Source: Lama guanicoe (Eukaryota). From it: a stretch of 64,000 nucleotides of DNA. Under the pieces are notes generated by a model. That model made no database searches and was not told where the DNA came from. It saw nothing but the letters and a program-made list of their open reading frames with translations. This document shows, in pieces, positions 61,436 through 64,000 of the stretch (position 1 is the stretch's first letter; each line of letters starts with the position of its first letter). The stretch lies in assembly GCA_013239625.1 (NCBI GenBank), contig MU053758.1:434001-498000 (forward strand), given 5' to 3'. The position numbers and the translations under genes were made by a program.

Positions 61436-62150
61436 GCTCCCCGACTAGGCCGTTTTCATGAAACCGAGAGAAGGAAACGACCTGGAGCAGTTCCGCCAGG
61501 CGGGCGCTGTCTGGCGGGCCAGCGGAGCCCTGACCTTTCCCGAAAAAGAAGCGTCGCCGCTGTAAATAAATTCTCATTATTCCTCACGACCGACCTGAGG
61601 GCCGCGGTCGTCGCGACCACGTATTGTTCCAGGTGGGGGAACGAAGGCCTCGAGGATTCACTTCGCTTTGCTAAAAATAAAATATAATTTCGCAAATGCC
61701 CCGGCGGGCGGGTGGGCTTCCCTCGCCCCTCCCCGCGGCCGGCGCTCCGGAGCCCGGGCGGGGCGGGAGCTGACAAGGAGGTGCCAAGTCCCCGTGGCCG
61801 GAACCCCGGGGGGCGCGGCGGCCGCGCTCAAAGGCCTGGCTGTAAAGGTCACAGGCGGTCTGTGGGGCCGCGCTGAATGGGCTCCCGGAGGCAAACAGAC
61901 TCTTAACTTTCAACTTGGCCTTGACCTTCCTGAAGGTGTCTGGCTGGTATGTAAAGGAGCAGCTGAGGCTTTCAGCGCGTTTGGCTAGGTCAGTAAAGGG
62001 GGTTGGGGGTCGCAGGAGGCTCAGGGGTCCGGAGTGTCTGCCGGGAGGCTCCCAGCAGGACACAAAGGCGTCTGCGGGGCTGGAGGGAGGGCCGGCTCAG
62101 CCCAGGCAGGCGGGGAGGCTAGGACTCCTGGGTCGTCCTGGGACTTCAGC
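61430..62150. promoter_or_regulatory. CpG island / promoter-like region
   Basis: CpG-dense with GC boxes (gggcggggcgg) and embedded AT-rich patches. Confidence 0.7.
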
Positions 62151-62271
62151 CCCTAACTCCTATAGAGCCCAGGGAGGATGCTGAGTCTCACTTTCTCTAT
62201 ATGGGAACCTCAGGCTTCCTCAGGGCTGAAAGAGGTATGTGAGGAGTGACCACTACTCATTACAGCAACTG

Positions 62272-62380
62272 CTCTTTTGTTGTTGTTGGGGGAGGTAATT
62301 AGTTTTACTTATTTTTATTTTTGGAGGAGGTACTGGGGATTGAACTCAGAACCTCATGTGTTCTAAGAATGTGCTACCCT
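62272..62380 (-). mobile_element. tRNA-derived SINE (degenerate)
   Basis: gggggaggtaatta...ggaggtactggggattgaactcag. Confidence 0.8.
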
Positions 62381-62974
62381 TCTCTTTTCAAATAAAATCG
62401 GGTGGCTTATCGTTCACCAGAAACAGATTCACATACAGAAACACAAATAGCGCTCACGTTTATTCAGTTTATAAAATGCTTTCATTTGCGAAATCTCATT
62501 TAATCTTCACAGCATTCCTGTGAGGTAGGAATTATAGAGCTCAGGAGGAGACAGATACTTTTCACAGACAAGGAGGCTTAATCCTACCTCATCTGCCAAC
62601 AGTTGAGGTTTATGGTAGGTCACAGGCAGATGCAAATACATGTACAGAAAATGGGAGAACACGCTCATATGTTAGTAAATAGGGTATTCAGACCTGTTCC
62701 TTGGGATCTAGTAGATGCTAAATAAATTGTAGAGTAAAACAAAAACAAAGGTCCCATAGTACTTATTGGTACTGAAATGAAGCACAACTGGTGAACTTCT
62801 CCAGGGCAAGGTTTGAGTTGGTCATCTCTGCATTCCACAGCAATGCAGAGTTACATGCTTTTAGCTACCTACTTCTGTGGACATGAATAAGAACACTGTA
62901 TATCCAAAAAGTATAGTGGCAGGCAATGTTGCTCTGAATCTTCAAGTTTTTGTACTTAGTCATTTTTTCTTCTA

Positions 62975-63490
62975 AAAAACAGAGATAAGCTGATGTACAC
63001 TGAAGAAATATCCAGTGTATCTCTTGAATTTTTACACAGTGAACACACTTACTTTACTAGCACATAGACTGAGATCGAGAACATTTCCAGCACCCGAGAA
63101 GGCTTCCTCATGTCCCTCCCAGAGAGGAGCCCCCCTCCCCAGGGTAATCTCTTCTGACCTCTATCGCCATAGATGGATTTTGCCTATTCTTGAACTGCAT
63201 AGAAATAGACTCATACAAAAGTTACTCTTTTGTGTCTGGCTTCTTTCACCTACATATCTGTACAATTCATCCATGTTATGTGTAGCAGTGCTTTTTAAAA
63301 ATGCTGTGTAGTAGTCCATTCTTTAATTATAGTATGATTTATTTAACCATTCTATTGATGGACATTTGGGTTGTTTCTATTTTTGAGCTATAGTAAGTAA
63401 AGCTGCTTTGGACATTTTAGCACATGCCTATTGATAAATATACATTTATTTCTTTTGGGTGTATTCCCAGGAATGGAATTGATTTATCTG
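62975..63490 (-). mobile_element. Old L1 (L1M-type) 3' end, antisense
   Basis: gaacatttccagcacccgagaag, tgtgtctggcttctttcac, ttgatggacatttgggttgtttc, cccaggaatggaattg. Confidence 0.75.
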
Positions 63491-64000
63491 TTTTTTTGAA
63501 TTTAGGGATCTAGTCTTGCCTGTGTTGTCATCTACCAAGCAAAAACCAGTAAAAAAATTTTTTTCTAGTCTTTAGGTAAAAACCCTGGCTATTCTGCCTT
63601 ACCTAATTAGACAAGCAAGAGGCTGTGATAAGAAACTGGAAAGCATTGAAGAGACATCTCCTACCCTTTCTCTCATGCTGTTTTCAAATACAATAAAATC
63701 CAGTGAGGATTTCATGCTTGGTGTCTTCAATTATTAGCAATGTTCATTGAGGGTGATCTGTAATCTCCACTACAGCCCTACAGCTTGGGGCAACTGCAGT
63801 TTGCCTGGGTCCTTTCCCAAAAGATGGCTCAAGTTCAGGTACAGGTTGCTGTGGGGGCATGGCTGAGCCTACCTAGAGTGAAGGGTGGTCTGTTCTATAA
63901 AATTGTCTTGACCCTGGTGTAGAATGGAAAAGTTCCTGTATTCTCCAGAAAAAAAAAAACCCAAAACTGTGAGTTCTAGAAAAAGTGAACCCCGAAGGAT

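Noticed and set aside
61492..61512. CTCF site CCGCCAGGCGGGCGCTG
   Set aside because: It has one extra base relative to the consensus spacing, so I cannot support it without a PWM scan.
60486..61577. 363-aa minus-strand ORF rich in F, L and S
   Set aside because: It is a by-product of the purine-rich tract, whose pyrimidine strand lacks stops. No recognisable domain.
43771..62184. HOXB13 or other coding exons within the CpG islands
   Set aside because: No homeodomain or HOX13 N-terminal peptide appears in the ORF track. The ORFs are low-complexity R/G/P/A-rich products of high GC content.
1..64000. CRISPR arrays or prokaryotic systems
   Set aside because: The sequence is intron-containing mammalian DNA with no repeat-spacer array.

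Overview
Mammalian genomic DNA, probably camelid (it carries a tRNA-derived SINE family resembling the camelid vic-1 type and artiodactyl-type L1 3' ends). Bases ~5.9-37.5 kb hold TTLL6 (tubulin polyglutamylase, TTL-domain elongase) on the + strand. I traced 14 coding exons by GT-AG sites and they splice into a 2514-nt frame from ATG 5921 to TAG 32890. A probable non-coding last exon follows. Two anomalies stand out. (1) The spliced frame has an in-frame TGA at 7070-7072 (codon 60), where orthologues appear to have Arg, while the rest of the ORF is intact. (2) A ~385-bp inverted copy of the 3' half of the penultimate coding exon plus its splice donor lies ~2 kb downstream, so the two arms bracket the final coding exon. 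The remainder (37.5-64 kb) shows no protein-coding gene I can support. It contains several CpG islands, homeodomain-motif clusters and a polypurine tract, consistent with the interval between TTLL6 and HOXB13 (inferred from known synteny; HOXB13 itself is not seen). Exon numbering assumes an unseen exon 1.
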